DNA from: Acidobacteriota bacterium
GTDB taxonomy: Bacteria; Acidobacteriota; Vicinamibacteria; Fen-336
Direction: 5' to 3'
Assembly (NCBI GenBank): GCA_003222295.1
Contig: QHVP01000038.1
Span: 4,916 to 39,342, forward strand
Length of the DNA stretch: 34,427 nucleotides
In this document: positions 25,185-33,842 of the stretch, in pieces
How the letters are laid out: each line of letters opens with the position of its first letter
How positions within the stretch are numbered: the first letter of the stretch is position 1
The notes under the pieces: generated by a model
Databases searched by the model: none
Seen by the model: the letters and a program-made list of their open reading frames with translations, nothing else
What the model was told of the DNA's origin: nothing
Translations under genes and position numbers: made by a program

Positions 25185-25454
25185 TTACGAAGCGAATCTC
25201 TTCCGCGACCTTTCTTGCGCCTTGAGGGCCTCGACTTCGCGGTCCTTCGGCGGCGCGGCGGTCACCATCGAGGCCAGGAGACGCTGGCACGACGCGGTCA
25301 CCTCGGTGACGGCGGCTTCGAAGGCGGCCTCGTTCGCCTTGGACGGCTTGGTGGCGCCGGAAATCTTGCGGACGAACTGGAGCGCGGCGTTGCGCACCTC
25401 GCCCTCGGTGACCGGGGGCTCGAAATTGAAAAGGGGGCGGATGTTTCGGCACAT
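25185..25454 (-). CDS. DUF2277 domain-containing protein
   Basis: MCRNIRPLFNFEPPVTEGEVRNAALQFVRKISGATKPSKANEAAFEAAV... matches the highly conserved DUF2277 N-terminus as I remember it (MCRNI..L.NFEPP.T..E...AALQFVRK.SG). Confidence 0.8.
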   Translation of the reverse strand: MCRNIRPLFNFEPPVTEGEVRNAALQFVRKISGATKPSKANEAAFEAAVTEVTASCQRLLASMVTAAPPKDREVEALKAQERSRKRFAS

Positions 25455-25480
25455 ACTCCGATGATAAATCAGGAGGTCCC

Positions 25481-26635
25481 ATGAAGCGCGTCGCGACCCT
25501 TGCCGCCCTGGCCGTGCTCGCGGTCGTCGTCACCGCGGCGCCGCCGCTCCCGGCCGAAGACGACATCCTCCGCCCCCTGGGGATGGGCGGTCTCTCGCGA
25601 CTGTCCAAGGCACGCACGCGCTCGATCAGCCCGGAGAACCTCACGGGCGAGAAGGGCAAGGGTGGGATGGCGACCGAGGGCACGGGAGCGAACGCGGCGC
25701 GCGACCTGGGGCGGGGCTGGAAGGTCTCGCCATCGGTCCGGATCCGGCCCGGCCAGACCTTCACCATGGGCGAGATCCAGGGCGAGGGCGTGGTCCAGCA
25801 CGTCTGGATGACCCCGACCGGTCCCTGGCGGCATTTCATCTTCCGCATCCACTGGGACGCCGAAGCCACTCCGTCCGTCGAGTCGCCGGTGGGGGACTTC
25901 TTCGCCTCCGGCTGGGGCGGCTACGCGCAGATCTCGTCGCTCGCGGTGTGCGTCAATCCGGGGAGCGCGTTCAACTCCTACTGGGAGATGCCGTTCCGCA
26001 GGGGCTTCAAGATGACCATGGAGAACCGCGGGCCCAAGGAGGAGACGCTCTACTACCAGATCGACTACGCGCTCGGTCCGGTCCCCGAGGATGCGGCCTA
26101 CTTCCATGCGCAGTTCCGCCGCGTGAACCCGCTTCCCTACAAGCAGGTCTACACGATCCTCGACGGCGTGAAGGGCTGGGGCCACTACGTCGGCACCTAC
26201 ATGGCCTGGGGCGTCCACAACAGCGGCTGGTGGGGTGAGGGCGAGATCAAGTTCTACCTCGACGGCGACGGGGATTTCCCCACCATCGCCGGCACCGGCA
26301 CCGAGGACTACTTCAACGGCTCATACGACTTCGAGCACCCGGTGACCCACCAGTACGTCGAGTTCAGCACGCCCTATTCCGGCCTGTCACAGGTCCTCCG
26401 ACCCGACGGGCTGTACAAGTCGCAACAGCGCTTCGGTCTGTACCGCTGGCACATCATGGACCCGGTGCGTTTCGAGAAGGACCTGCGCGTGACCATACAG
26501 GCCCTGGGCTGGACGGCGGACGGCCGCTACCTGCCCCTCCAGGACGACATGGCCTCCGTCGCCTTCTGGTATCAGCGTGAGCCGCATGCGCCGTTCCCGG
26601 CCCTGCCGGACCGCGACTTCCTCGCCGTCAACTGA
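25481..26635 (+). CDS. DUF2961 / glycoside hydrolase family 172 protein, secreted
   Basis: AGGAGG lies 4 nt before the ATG. Signal peptide. Family-typical segments SISPENLTGEKGKGGMA, IQGEGVVQHVWMT, IHWDAEATPSVESPVGDFFA, YWEMPFRRGFKMTMEN and GTGTEDYFNGSYDF. Confidence 0.85.
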   Translation: MKRVATLAALAVLAVVVTAAPPLPAEDDILRPLGMGGLSRLSKARTRSISPENLTGEKGKGGMATEGTGANAARDLGRGWKVSPSVRIRPGQTFTMGEIQGEGVVQHVWMTPTGPWRHFIFRIHWDAEATPSVESPVGDFFASGWGGYAQISSLAVCVNPGSAFNSYWEMPFRRGFKMTMENRGPKEETLYYQIDYALGPVPEDAAYFHAQFRRVNPLPYKQVYTILDGVKGWGHYVGTYMAWGVHNSGWWGEGEIKFYLDGDGDFPTIAGTGTEDYFNGSYDFEHPVTHQYVEFSTPYSGLSQVLRPDGLYKSQQRFGLYRWHIMDPVRFEKDLRVTIQALGWTADGRYLPLQDDMASVAFWYQREPHAPFPALPDRDFLAVN

Positions 26636-26673
26636 GAGTGCGTCCGCCGCCGTGAACGTAAGCGAGGCAGGCT

Positions 26674-27969
26674 GTGCGGATTCCGCACGTAAGGGAAGCG
26701 ATTTGTGTCACACTCCCACGCTCGCTTTCCCGGGAGGCGCGGATCGCTCGCCCACGGCTGTTCGCTCTCGCTCTTGCTCTCGCCGGCGCGGCGGCCGATC
26801 CTGCCTCGGCGCAGACGATCGATCCCATCTTTCGCTCCTGGCGGTGGACGGAAGAAGTCACGACCGCGCGGACGCTCGGCCTCGGAGGCGCGATCACCGG
26901 CCTTGCGGATGACGGCGCCGCCGCCGCCTTCAACCCTGCCGGACTGGCCACCATCCCGCGCGCGGGCGAGCTGCAGCTTGGCCTCCGGACGGTGAGCCAG
27001 GCCACCCTGGCCAGCGGAGACGGCATCCGTCATCTCACCAAGGGGACCTCACCGGCCACCCTGGCCCTGCGCCTGGGCTCGAGGGTCGGGCTCAGCTACC
27101 ATTTCATCGAGCTCCGGTCCGCGTCGCGCATCGACTTCGACGACGGCCGCGAGAAAGGGACGCTCAAGACCTCCGTCAATGGACCGGGCGTCGGTCAGGG
27201 CGTGCGCGTCTCCCCCTTCGTCAACATCGGCCTGAGCGTCACCGCCTACCGCTTCTACGTCAACGAAGGCGACTACACGCGCGTCACCGACGGCCACCCC
27301 GACGCCGTGGTGCGCTTCAACTCCAACGGCGATACCCGCGTCGCGGGCACGCTGGGAGCGCTGGTGAAGGCGCGCGAGCTCTCGTACGGGCTGGCCTTCC
27401 GCCTGGGCCGGCGCTGGCGCGGGCGGCGTACGGCGATCGATCCGTCGACGAGCCGGGTGATCGACGAGGGGACGACGTTCGGCGTGCGCTCGCCGTCAGT
27501 GCTCTCGAGCGGCATCGCCTGGCAGCCGGAGCTGCGGCGGGCGCAGTCGTTCCTGTTGACGGCCCAGGTCGATCGGCTCTTCCTCGGCGCGATCGAGCCG
27601 TCGCAGGCGTCCGGCGTGCCGTTTCCGGCGAGCGATTATCGGCTGAAGAGCGCGCTGGAATGGCGCGCCGGAGGCGAGGTCACGATTCCGGTGCTCGGGC
27701 GCTGGGCCAGCCACGGAGCGGGCCGACCGAACCGCCTCCAGTTCCGCGCCGGTTTCCATCGCCAGCCGGCGGGCTCGATCGTCTACGAGGGTCCCGACCC
27801 GGTCCAGCAGGGCTTGTTCCCGGCCGGAGCGGCACGCAACCTCGTGAGCCTCGGGACCTCGATCGGCGGGGTGACGATGTGGCGCCTTTCCGGCGCGTAC
27901 CGCTTCGGCGGAGACGACCGGCAAGCCGTCGTCGGAATCGCGATCCGTTATCCCGGCTTGTTCCCGTGA
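26674..27969 (+). CDS. Outer-membrane beta-barrel protein (FadL/PorV-like N-terminal signature); start uncertain
   Basis: Signal-like LFALALALAGAAADPASAQ. The motif TARTLGLGGAITGLADDGAAAAFNPAGLA resembles the G.GGA...ADD..A...NPAGL signature of FadL/PorV-type barrels. Alternating beta-strand pattern ending ...VGIAIRYPGLFP. The GTG at 26674 gives an unusually long 27-aa n-region. Confidence 0.6.
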   Translation: MRIPHVREAICVTLPRSLSREARIARPRLFALALALAGAAADPASAQTIDPIFRSWRWTEEVTTARTLGLGGAITGLADDGAAAAFNPAGLATIPRAGELQLGLRTVSQATLASGDGIRHLTKGTSPATLALRLGSRVGLSYHFIELRSASRIDFDDGREKGTLKTSVNGPGVGQGVRVSPFVNIGLSVTAYRFYVNEGDYTRVTDGHPDAVVRFNSNGDTRVAGTLGALVKARELSYGLAFRLGRRWRGRRTAIDPSTSRVIDEGTTFGVRSPSVLSSGIAWQPELRRAQSFLLTAQVDRLFLGAIEPSQASGVPFPASDYRLKSALEWRAGGEVTIPVLGRWASHGAGRPNRLQFRAGFHRQPAGSIVYEGPDPVQQGLFPAGAARNLVSLGTSIGGVTMWRLSGAYRFGGDDRQAVVGIAIRYPGLFP

Positions 27970-30086
27970 GGCGCGTGGCGTTGGCGGGCCTGCTCGCGCT
28001 CGCCGCTCTGGCCGCGTCGCGTCACGCCTCGAAAGCGGAGGCGGCGGCTCCAAAGGCGACGAGGCGGCAGGCCACCGAGATCCAGACCTGCGACTCCAGG
28101 CAGGAGGGCGAATGGCAGTTCGTCGCGCGCGAGCAGATGCGCGTTCAGGCGCGCGGCCGCTCCGGCAACGACTGGGTCGGCCTGACCGCGGCCACGGACG
28201 GCTTCCACGACTGGGCGCCCTTTGACGACTTCAAGACGACGATCTGCGGCACGCTTGGCGTCTTCGGGACGTTCGAACCCACCCGCCAGAGCGAGATCCT
28301 GCGTTTCCTGCCCGAGATTCCCGAGCACGACTGGAACGTCATCCTGATTCCCACCGGCCGCTCCATCTTCGACGAGCGGTTCAAGCTGGCGCAGCGGCTG
28401 ATGGAGCGCGGACACGAGGGCGATCTCATCTCGTGCCGCGGGGACGCGTGCTTCGAGGCCGAGGTCACCCCGCAGAGCCACCTGCTGAAGGCGAACGCGG
28501 CCGGCGGGTGGCTCAGCGCCTGCCGGCGCGGCCAGACGATCTGCACGTTCGGGCCCTGGGTCGGGGATGGCGGGCACGGATACCGCCCCGAGATCCATCC
28601 CGCCGAGCGCATCTGGTGGCGTGACGGGGACCGGCTCAAGCTCCTCGCGCTCCAGGACGCCTCGCAGCGCTTCCGCGACCACCGCCAGTTCCAGTGGGCC
28701 GATACCCCGGAGCCGAAGGGGTGGCATCCCTGGGCCGCGCCCAGCATGCAGGGCGAGTTCCGCGTGGCTTTCGAGGCGGCCACGGCGCCCCCGGCCTCTC
28801 CCGTCGAGTTCACGGTCAAGCAGATGCTCGACACGAACGTGCGTGGCGTGACGCCCTCGGTGGCCGCCGCGGACATGCGGTACATGTTCACGCACAGCGG
28901 GGCCGACGTGGGCGGCCTCCGCGTCCACCTCGGTCTGGGCGCGACGTCGGTGCGGCTCTCTCTCGCCCTCGGCACTCTCGACATCGCGCCGGATGACATG
29001 TGCCTGCGGCCGGACGGGCAATCGCTTCAGGGCTACCTGCGCCTCCACGACGTGCTCGGCTACCGCTACCAGGAAGGCGAGGGGTTCAACACCTTCGAAG
29101 TGACGCCCCCGCCGCTCCTCGCCCCGCCCCCCTCGCCGTCTCCCGATGCTCCGTGTGCCACCTGCACGGCTCCCGCCGGGGATGACGCCCAGAACACGCT
29201 GCGCCTGGCCGTGCTGATCCTGGCGCGCGAGGAGCGCGTCCATGGAGCCACGACGATGTCGGAGAGGGTGCTGGCCGACCTGCTGCAGGCGGCCACGGAG
29301 CGGCCGGAGCCGCAGCCGCTGCTGGCGCGCGCCGCGGGCCGGAAGGAGAACGCGAGCGACATCGTTCTGCAGTCCGCGCGCCGATTCCGCCTGTCCGTTC
29401 GCCCTCACTACGACGGTCCGCGCGGCGAGCGGCTGGAGAGCGCGGTCGACGGCGGAGACCGCGAGACGTTCCGCAAGCTGCTCGTGGCCGCCGGCGCGGC
29501 CGTCCCCGAGAAGGTGGCGTGGGAGGTGCGCATCCGGAACTTCAGCACGGGCGGGGGCGAGAGGGCGGGCGCCTGTGTGCCCGTCGGCGAGCGCCATCTG
29601 CTGGACGGCGACGAGTGCGCGATCGATCTGCCCGCCGGCGTTTCACCCGACGACGTGTTGCGAGTCTGGGCGACCGCTCGCCTCCTCGACGGCCAGGACC
29701 GGCCGGTGGCCAAGCTGACCATCATCGGGGCCGAGGGCGGCGGCGGCGCTCCCGCCCAGCAGGAGATCCGGCTGGCCAGTCATTTCATCCTTGCCGCCAA
29801 CGTGAAGGCGAGGGACCGGATCCTGTCCTGGCTGGGCAACGCGTTCGCGCCGGCCGGCGACCTGGTGAAAGCGGCCACGTCGCCCCACGAGGTGCCCGTC
29901 GACTTCTCCGACCTCGACCCCTATCGGCGCAGCTACCACGCGCGGATGCTGCGCCACGGCCTGGTGCTGGCCACCGTCGACCAGCGCATCACCCTCGACG
30001 AGCTGCGGCAGTTCGTGGAGATGGCGCAACTCTTCGCGGACCTGCCGCCCCTCAGCTCCGTGCCGCGCGCCCCCTCGGTCAAGTGA
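27966..30086 (+). CDS. Large secreted hypothetical protein (706 aa), no recognisable family
   Basis: The GTG at 27966 overlaps the OMP stop (GTGA). Signal peptide VRRVALAGLLALAALAASRHASKA. Cys-rich N-terminal half with motifs HDWNVILIPTG, CRGDACFEAEVTP and GPWVGDGGHGYRPEIHPAERIWW. Pro-rich linker PPPLLAPPPSPSPDAP. The C-terminal half has no motif I recognise. The amino-acid composition is protein-like throughout, unlike the antisense ORF 27948-29597. Confidence 0.7.
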   Translation: MRRVALAGLLALAALAASRHASKAEAAAPKATRRQATEIQTCDSRQEGEWQFVAREQMRVQARGRSGNDWVGLTAATDGFHDWAPFDDFKTTICGTLGVFGTFEPTRQSEILRFLPEIPEHDWNVILIPTGRSIFDERFKLAQRLMERGHEGDLISCRGDACFEAEVTPQSHLLKANAAGGWLSACRRGQTICTFGPWVGDGGHGYRPEIHPAERIWWRDGDRLKLLALQDASQRFRDHRQFQWADTPEPKGWHPWAAPSMQGEFRVAFEAATAPPASPVEFTVKQMLDTNVRGVTPSVAAADMRYMFTHSGADVGGLRVHLGLGATSVRLSLALGTLDIAPDDMCLRPDGQSLQGYLRLHDVLGYRYQEGEGFNTFEVTPPPLLAPPPSPSPDAPCATCTAPAGDDAQNTLRLAVLILAREERVHGATTMSERVLADLLQAATERPEPQPLLARAAGRKENASDIVLQSARRFRLSVRPHYDGPRGERLESAVDGGDRETFRKLLVAAGAAVPEKVAWEVRIRNFSTGGGERAGACVPVGERHLLDGDECAIDLPAGVSPDDVLRVWATARLLDGQDRPVAKLTIIGAEGGGGAPAQQEIRLASHFILAANVKARDRILSWLGNAFAPAGDLVKAATSPHEVPVDFSDLDPYRRSYHARMLRHGLVLATVDQRITLDELRQFVEMAQLFADLPPLSSVPRAPSVK

Positions 30087-30147
30087 CGCGCTCGCCATTC
30101 GATGCCAGATCGTTGAAGAGGCCCTCGTCCGTTGCCCCTCGCGGTGA

Positions 30148-31746
30148 TTACTCGATGTCCGCCGGATCGTTGAACAGAACGGTGAGCTTGATGCTTCCGT
30201 GCTTGAACTGGGGGAAGCCGGCCGCGCTCGGGTCGGCCGGATCGAGGTTCGAGGCCGTGTCGTCGGGCGGGAAGATGACCAGCGACCCCAGGAAGTCCAG
30301 CAGCTTGCGCGCCTCGCCGGGCTCGAGCTCGGCGAAGTGATTGCGCGCGGCCTGGGCTTCGCCCCCATGGCGCAGGATGACCTCGGTGAGGTTGATGCTC
30401 CGCCCGTCGTGACCGTAGGGAGCCGTGCTGCCTACGCCCCACAGGGCCGTGGTCAGGAATCGGGTCCGCACGGTGCCGTCGTAGTCGCGCTCGTAGAAGG
30501 ACGGACCGAGGTCGTGGCGCTTGAAATCGGTGAAGATGTTGCGCACGACGAACGATCCGCCACCGGGCTTCTTGACCGTGGGGTATCCGCTCCCATCGTT
30601 CGTCTCGACGAACCGGCCGCTCGCCGTCGCGAAGAGCCGGTTGAACACGCCCTGCTCGGGATTGAACACCGTCTCGACGTCGGCGACCCGGCGATCGTGG
30701 TTGATGGTCAGGTTGGGCACGTGGCAGGCCGCGCATCCGACATCCTTGAAGATCTCGCGACCGGCCGCCGTCCGGGCCGTCTGCTCCCCTGTCGCCGGCT
30801 TGAAGTAGTTCAGCAGGTAGAACTCCATGAAGTCGACGACGCTGGTGGGGATCTCGTTGCTCACGCCGTCGTCATCGGGATCGTCGGCCGCGTCCTTCGC
30901 GCGCGGAGCCTCGATCGTGTCCCGCGCACCGTCGAGGACCATGCCCGAAGGCGTGGTGAAGCGAGCCCCCGCTGCCGCCGCGGTCAGCTCGGGGTCCACG
31001 GCCTGCATCCCCATCTCAGCGTTCCAGGCCCCGACCACGAATTCGCGAATGGAAATGGTGCCGCCGTGCGCGAACAGGGGCCGGACGCGCAGGTCCGGGT
31101 CGACGCCCTCGACCCTCGAGGTGTCCATGGAGCCGTCGGGCCGGGCCGTGATCGCGCCGTAGGAGATGCCCTTGCTCCTCAGCTCGCGGGTGACGTTCCG
31201 GCCGCGCTGCTGCGCCTCGGCGAGGGCGGCCATCCGCGTGGCGCGCAAATCCGCGGTGATCTCGTCCGCCAGCATCTCCTTGAGCCCGAGACCAAACAGG
31301 TGGGGGGCGTCGCGGCTGTCCGGCCGCGTGGCCACGTCGCCGCCCGCGCCCGCGCTGCCGCGCGGGCGGCCGTGGCAGGAGGCACAACTATCGGACAGCC
31401 CCGCGCCGATGGCCAGGTCCGTGTGGATGTTCCCGGCGCCGTCCCCGAAAACAGGCCCCTGCCCTTCCGCGCGCGTGAACTTGCGCTGGAAGAGCTGGCG
31501 GCCACGCCGGATGGCGCGGAAGGGATCACGCGCGATGATGAAGGACGACGATCCGGACGTCGTCCAGTCGCCACGGCCGGCCCCGATCTCGTCGGCCAGC
31601 GACTTCGCGATGCCCGAGCCCGAGGCATTGGGCGCCTTCGTGCGATCGACGAGCTGCGCCATCGTCGGCGCGGCCACGATGACCGAGAGGCCGAGCAGGA
31701 ACGTCACGGTCTTCCGCCCTATTCCGTGCCGGGAGAAACGGCTCAT
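30148..31746 (-). CDS. Dihaem oxidoreductase / putative peroxidase (DUF1111 family), secreted
   Basis: GAGGTGG lies upstream of the ATG at 31746. Signal peptide MSRFSRHGIGRKTVTFLLGLSVIVAAPTMA. Two haem c sites (SCASCHGRP and GCAACHVP). Length and the ...LFGLG... / ...ALWGVGSTAPYGHDGR... segments are typical of DUF1111. Confidence 0.85.
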   Translation of the reverse strand: MSRFSRHGIGRKTVTFLLGLSVIVAAPTMAQLVDRTKAPNASGSGIAKSLADEIGAGRGDWTTSGSSSFIIARDPFRAIRRGRQLFQRKFTRAEGQGPVFGDGAGNIHTDLAIGAGLSDSCASCHGRPRGSAGAGGDVATRPDSRDAPHLFGLGLKEMLADEITADLRATRMAALAEAQQRGRNVTRELRSKGISYGAITARPDGSMDTSRVEGVDPDLRVRPLFAHGGTISIREFVVGAWNAEMGMQAVDPELTAAAAGARFTTPSGMVLDGARDTIEAPRAKDAADDPDDDGVSNEIPTSVVDFMEFYLLNYFKPATGEQTARTAAGREIFKDVGCAACHVPNLTINHDRRVADVETVFNPEQGVFNRLFATASGRFVETNDGSGYPTVKKPGGGSFVVRNIFTDFKRHDLGPSFYERDYDGTVRTRFLTTALWGVGSTAPYGHDGRSINLTEVILRHGGEAQAARNHFAELEPGEARKLLDFLGSLVIFPPDDTASNLDPADPSAAGFPQFKHGSIKLTVLFNDPADIE

Positions 31747-31965
31747 GGGTCCACCTCGCGAGCATCGGGGTCGGCAGGTACAGTCCCTCGCTCGGAAGTT
31801 CACCCGGGCGATGACCGGTCAACGCGGCGGCAATCCCGAATCGGCGATTTCGCTCCGCAGTGCTGTACGAGGACCGAAACGTGTCGGGGGTGCGCTGGCG
31901 CACGCGCGCGGCGGCCGCCCGACGCCCTGTGCAGGGTGAGCTTCGATAGGGTACGATCGCGCGCC

Positions 31966-33039
31966 ATGAGCGCCGAGCCCATCGCCGAGGCGATCCCCGT
32001 CCCTCCCGGCCCGGCCGAGCATCACCTTCGCACCGCCCGCCGCGTCTTCCAGGGATCGCTGCTCTACACGTGCGGGATCACCCTCTTCTGGGCGGTGGTG
32101 ATGGTGCTCGGCCCCGAGCGCGCGCCGTTCTTCGGCAAGTACCGCATCGACAAGCAGGCGATCGGCAACGTCGTCTTCGGATTCCTCATCTTCTCCGTGC
32201 TGTGGGGTTGGATCTGGTACGGCATCCGCGCCCTGCTCCTCCGCAAGTTCGTCGGCCTGACGAGGGACGAGGTGCGCGAGGTGTTCACCTCGCGGATGCA
32301 TCGGCCTTTCGAGCTCTCGCGGTACCTGGGCCGCTATTCCGAGCGCCGCATCCGCATCACGGACATGATCGGACGGCGTGGCCGCTTCGTGACCCTCAGC
32401 ATCATGGGGTTCCTCTACATCTACGGACGCGTGGCCGTGGACCCGAAGCCGGAGTACCTCCAGTTCGGCGCCGCGGACAGCCTGTTCGACGCCATGGCAC
32501 TGAACTGGCTGGCCCTGGCCTTCTACTACTCGGAGGGGTTCTTCGGACGCGTGGTCTACGGCGCGCAGACCCGCATCATGGACGGCACGCTCGGCCGAGC
32601 GAACTGCCTCCTGATCATGACCCTGTGGAGCATGTTCAAGTTCGTCTTCGTCCCGCTGTCGGCGCGGCTTGCCCTCCACTTCCCTCCCGAGACCTTCGCG
32701 CCGCTCTTCGCGTTCATCTGGCCTTCCTACCTGGCCGCCGACGCCTCCTCCGAGATCGTGGGGTCGCTCTTCGGCAAGCAGAAGCTGCGCGTCTGGGGCA
32801 TGGGCGAGGTCAACCGCAAGTCGGTGGAAGGGACGGTGGCGGGGTTCGTGGCCTCCCTCGCCGTCTGCCTGGCCGTGGTCTTCAGCCGGCACCTGCCCCT
32901 GAGCTGGGCCATCCTGGCCGTGGTGATCTCGCTCTCGAACACGCTCCTCGAGCTGTTCTCGCCGCGCGGGACGGACGACTTCACGATGGCCACCGCGAAC
33001 GCGCTGCTGTGCTGGGGGTTCGGCGTCCTCGTCTATTGA
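31966..33039 (+). CDS. Polytopic membrane protein with C-terminal CdsA / dolichol(phytol)-kinase-like CTP-transferase motif
   Basis: The C-terminal segment AADASSEIVGSLFGKQKLRVWGMGEVNRKSVEGTVAGFVASL matches the G..FGK.K...(S/N).KS.EG..AGF signature of the CTP_transf_1 / polyprenol kinase superfamily. There are multiple TM helices. The 946-aa track ORF (30199-33039) is mostly antisense to the DUF1111 gene. Confidence 0.65.
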   Translation: MSAEPIAEAIPVPPGPAEHHLRTARRVFQGSLLYTCGITLFWAVVMVLGPERAPFFGKYRIDKQAIGNVVFGFLIFSVLWGWIWYGIRALLLRKFVGLTRDEVREVFTSRMHRPFELSRYLGRYSERRIRITDMIGRRGRFVTLSIMGFLYIYGRVAVDPKPEYLQFGAADSLFDAMALNWLALAFYYSEGFFGRVVYGAQTRIMDGTLGRANCLLIMTLWSMFKFVFVPLSARLALHFPPETFAPLFAFIWPSYLAADASSEIVGSLFGKQKLRVWGMGEVNRKSVEGTVAGFVASLAVCLAVVFSRHLPLSWAILAVVISLSNTLLELFSPRGTDDFTMATANALLCWGFGVLVY

Positions 33040-33045
33040 GGCCGC

Positions 33046-33837
33046 TCAGTCCGCGCTGTACGAGACCTCGATCCCTCTCATCCGCCAGCACGCCAGGGCG
33101 ACCACCAGAAAGGTGAAGGAGAAGAGACCCGACACGGCCAGCCAGACCGGCGTCGGCTCCGCCACGACGGTGAAGAGGCTCAAGACCCCCTTCATCGGCA
33201 GCTCCACCGGGAAGAGCGGCTTGAGATAGAAGGTCACGCTGACGTGCTTGAGCCAGGCGGGCAGTGCGCCGTTGACGCCTTCCCACAGCAGGAGAGCGAC
33301 GGCGGGGACGACCGGGTTCTTGAAGAGCAGGCTGAAGGCCAGGAACACGGCGCCGTAGCCCAGGCAGGCCAGCCCGACCACCAGCAGGTCGAGGCGCAGG
33401 TGAGCGGGGCCGGGCCCGTGGGCCAGGAACGCCCGCCCCTCGCCGAAGTGTCCGTACATGAGGAGGAAGGACGCCAGCACTCCCGTCCCGAACACGAGGA
33501 CGGTCGTGACCACTCCCGCGAGGAACTTGCCGACCAGGAGCGCCTCCCGGCGCAGGGGGGCCAGGAACAGGTAGTGAAGCGTCCGCTCCGCGACCTCCCC
33601 GCGCACGAGGCGCAGGAAGACGCCGAGGCAGCCGAAGAAGATGCCGAAGCGGACGTAGTAGATCTGGACGATGCCGTTCAGGATCAGGGTCTCTTGTTCG
33701 AGCGGGTGCGTGTGGTCCTCGATCGCGTGCGCGGCGATGATGACGGTGGGCGCGAACGCCATGGCGATCACCCAGAAGCTGCGCCAGGAGACCCCGCGGC
33801 GCAGCTCCATCCGCATCACCGCAAAGGCCTGCCCCAT
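33046..33837 (-). CDS. ABC-2-type transporter permease
   Basis: About six hydrophobic helices (FWVIAMAFAPTVIIAA, IFFGCLGVFLRLV, VVTTVLVFGTGVLASFLLM, LLVVGLACLGYGAVFLAFSLL, VVPAVALLLW, VWLAVSGLFSFTFLVVALACW). It follows the ATPase gene directly. An alternative GTG start at 33846 forms a GTGA overlap with the ATPase stop. Confidence 0.65.
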   Translation of the reverse strand: MGQAFAVMRMELRRGVSWRSFWVIAMAFAPTVIIAAHAIEDHTHPLEQETLILNGIVQIYYVRFGIFFGCLGVFLRLVRGEVAERTLHYLFLAPLRREALLVGKFLAGVVTTVLVFGTGVLASFLLMYGHFGEGRAFLAHGPGPAHLRLDLLVVGLACLGYGAVFLAFSLLFKNPVVPAVALLLWEGVNGALPAWLKHVSVTFYLKPLFPVELPMKGVLSLFTVVAEPTPVWLAVSGLFSFTFLVVALACWRMRGIEVSYSAD

Positions 33838-33842
33838 CGCGT

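Noticed and set aside
31747-31965. Short palindromes in the DUF1111/CdsA-like divergent region (AATCG-G-CGATT at 31839-31849; GTGCGC-TG-GCGCAC at 31890-31903)
   Set aside because: Palindromes of 5-6 bp, especially GC-rich ones, are expected by chance in this composition. There is no repetition elsewhere in the window to suggest a regulon motif.
30199-33039. 946-aa +strand ORF
   Set aside because: The first roughly 590 codons are antisense to the DUF1111 dihaem gene and cross the intergenic region. Only the portion from the ATG at 31966 is protein-like. The same logic trims the track ORFs 13998-15461, 20838-23204, 23420-25153 and 27660-30086 to internal starts.
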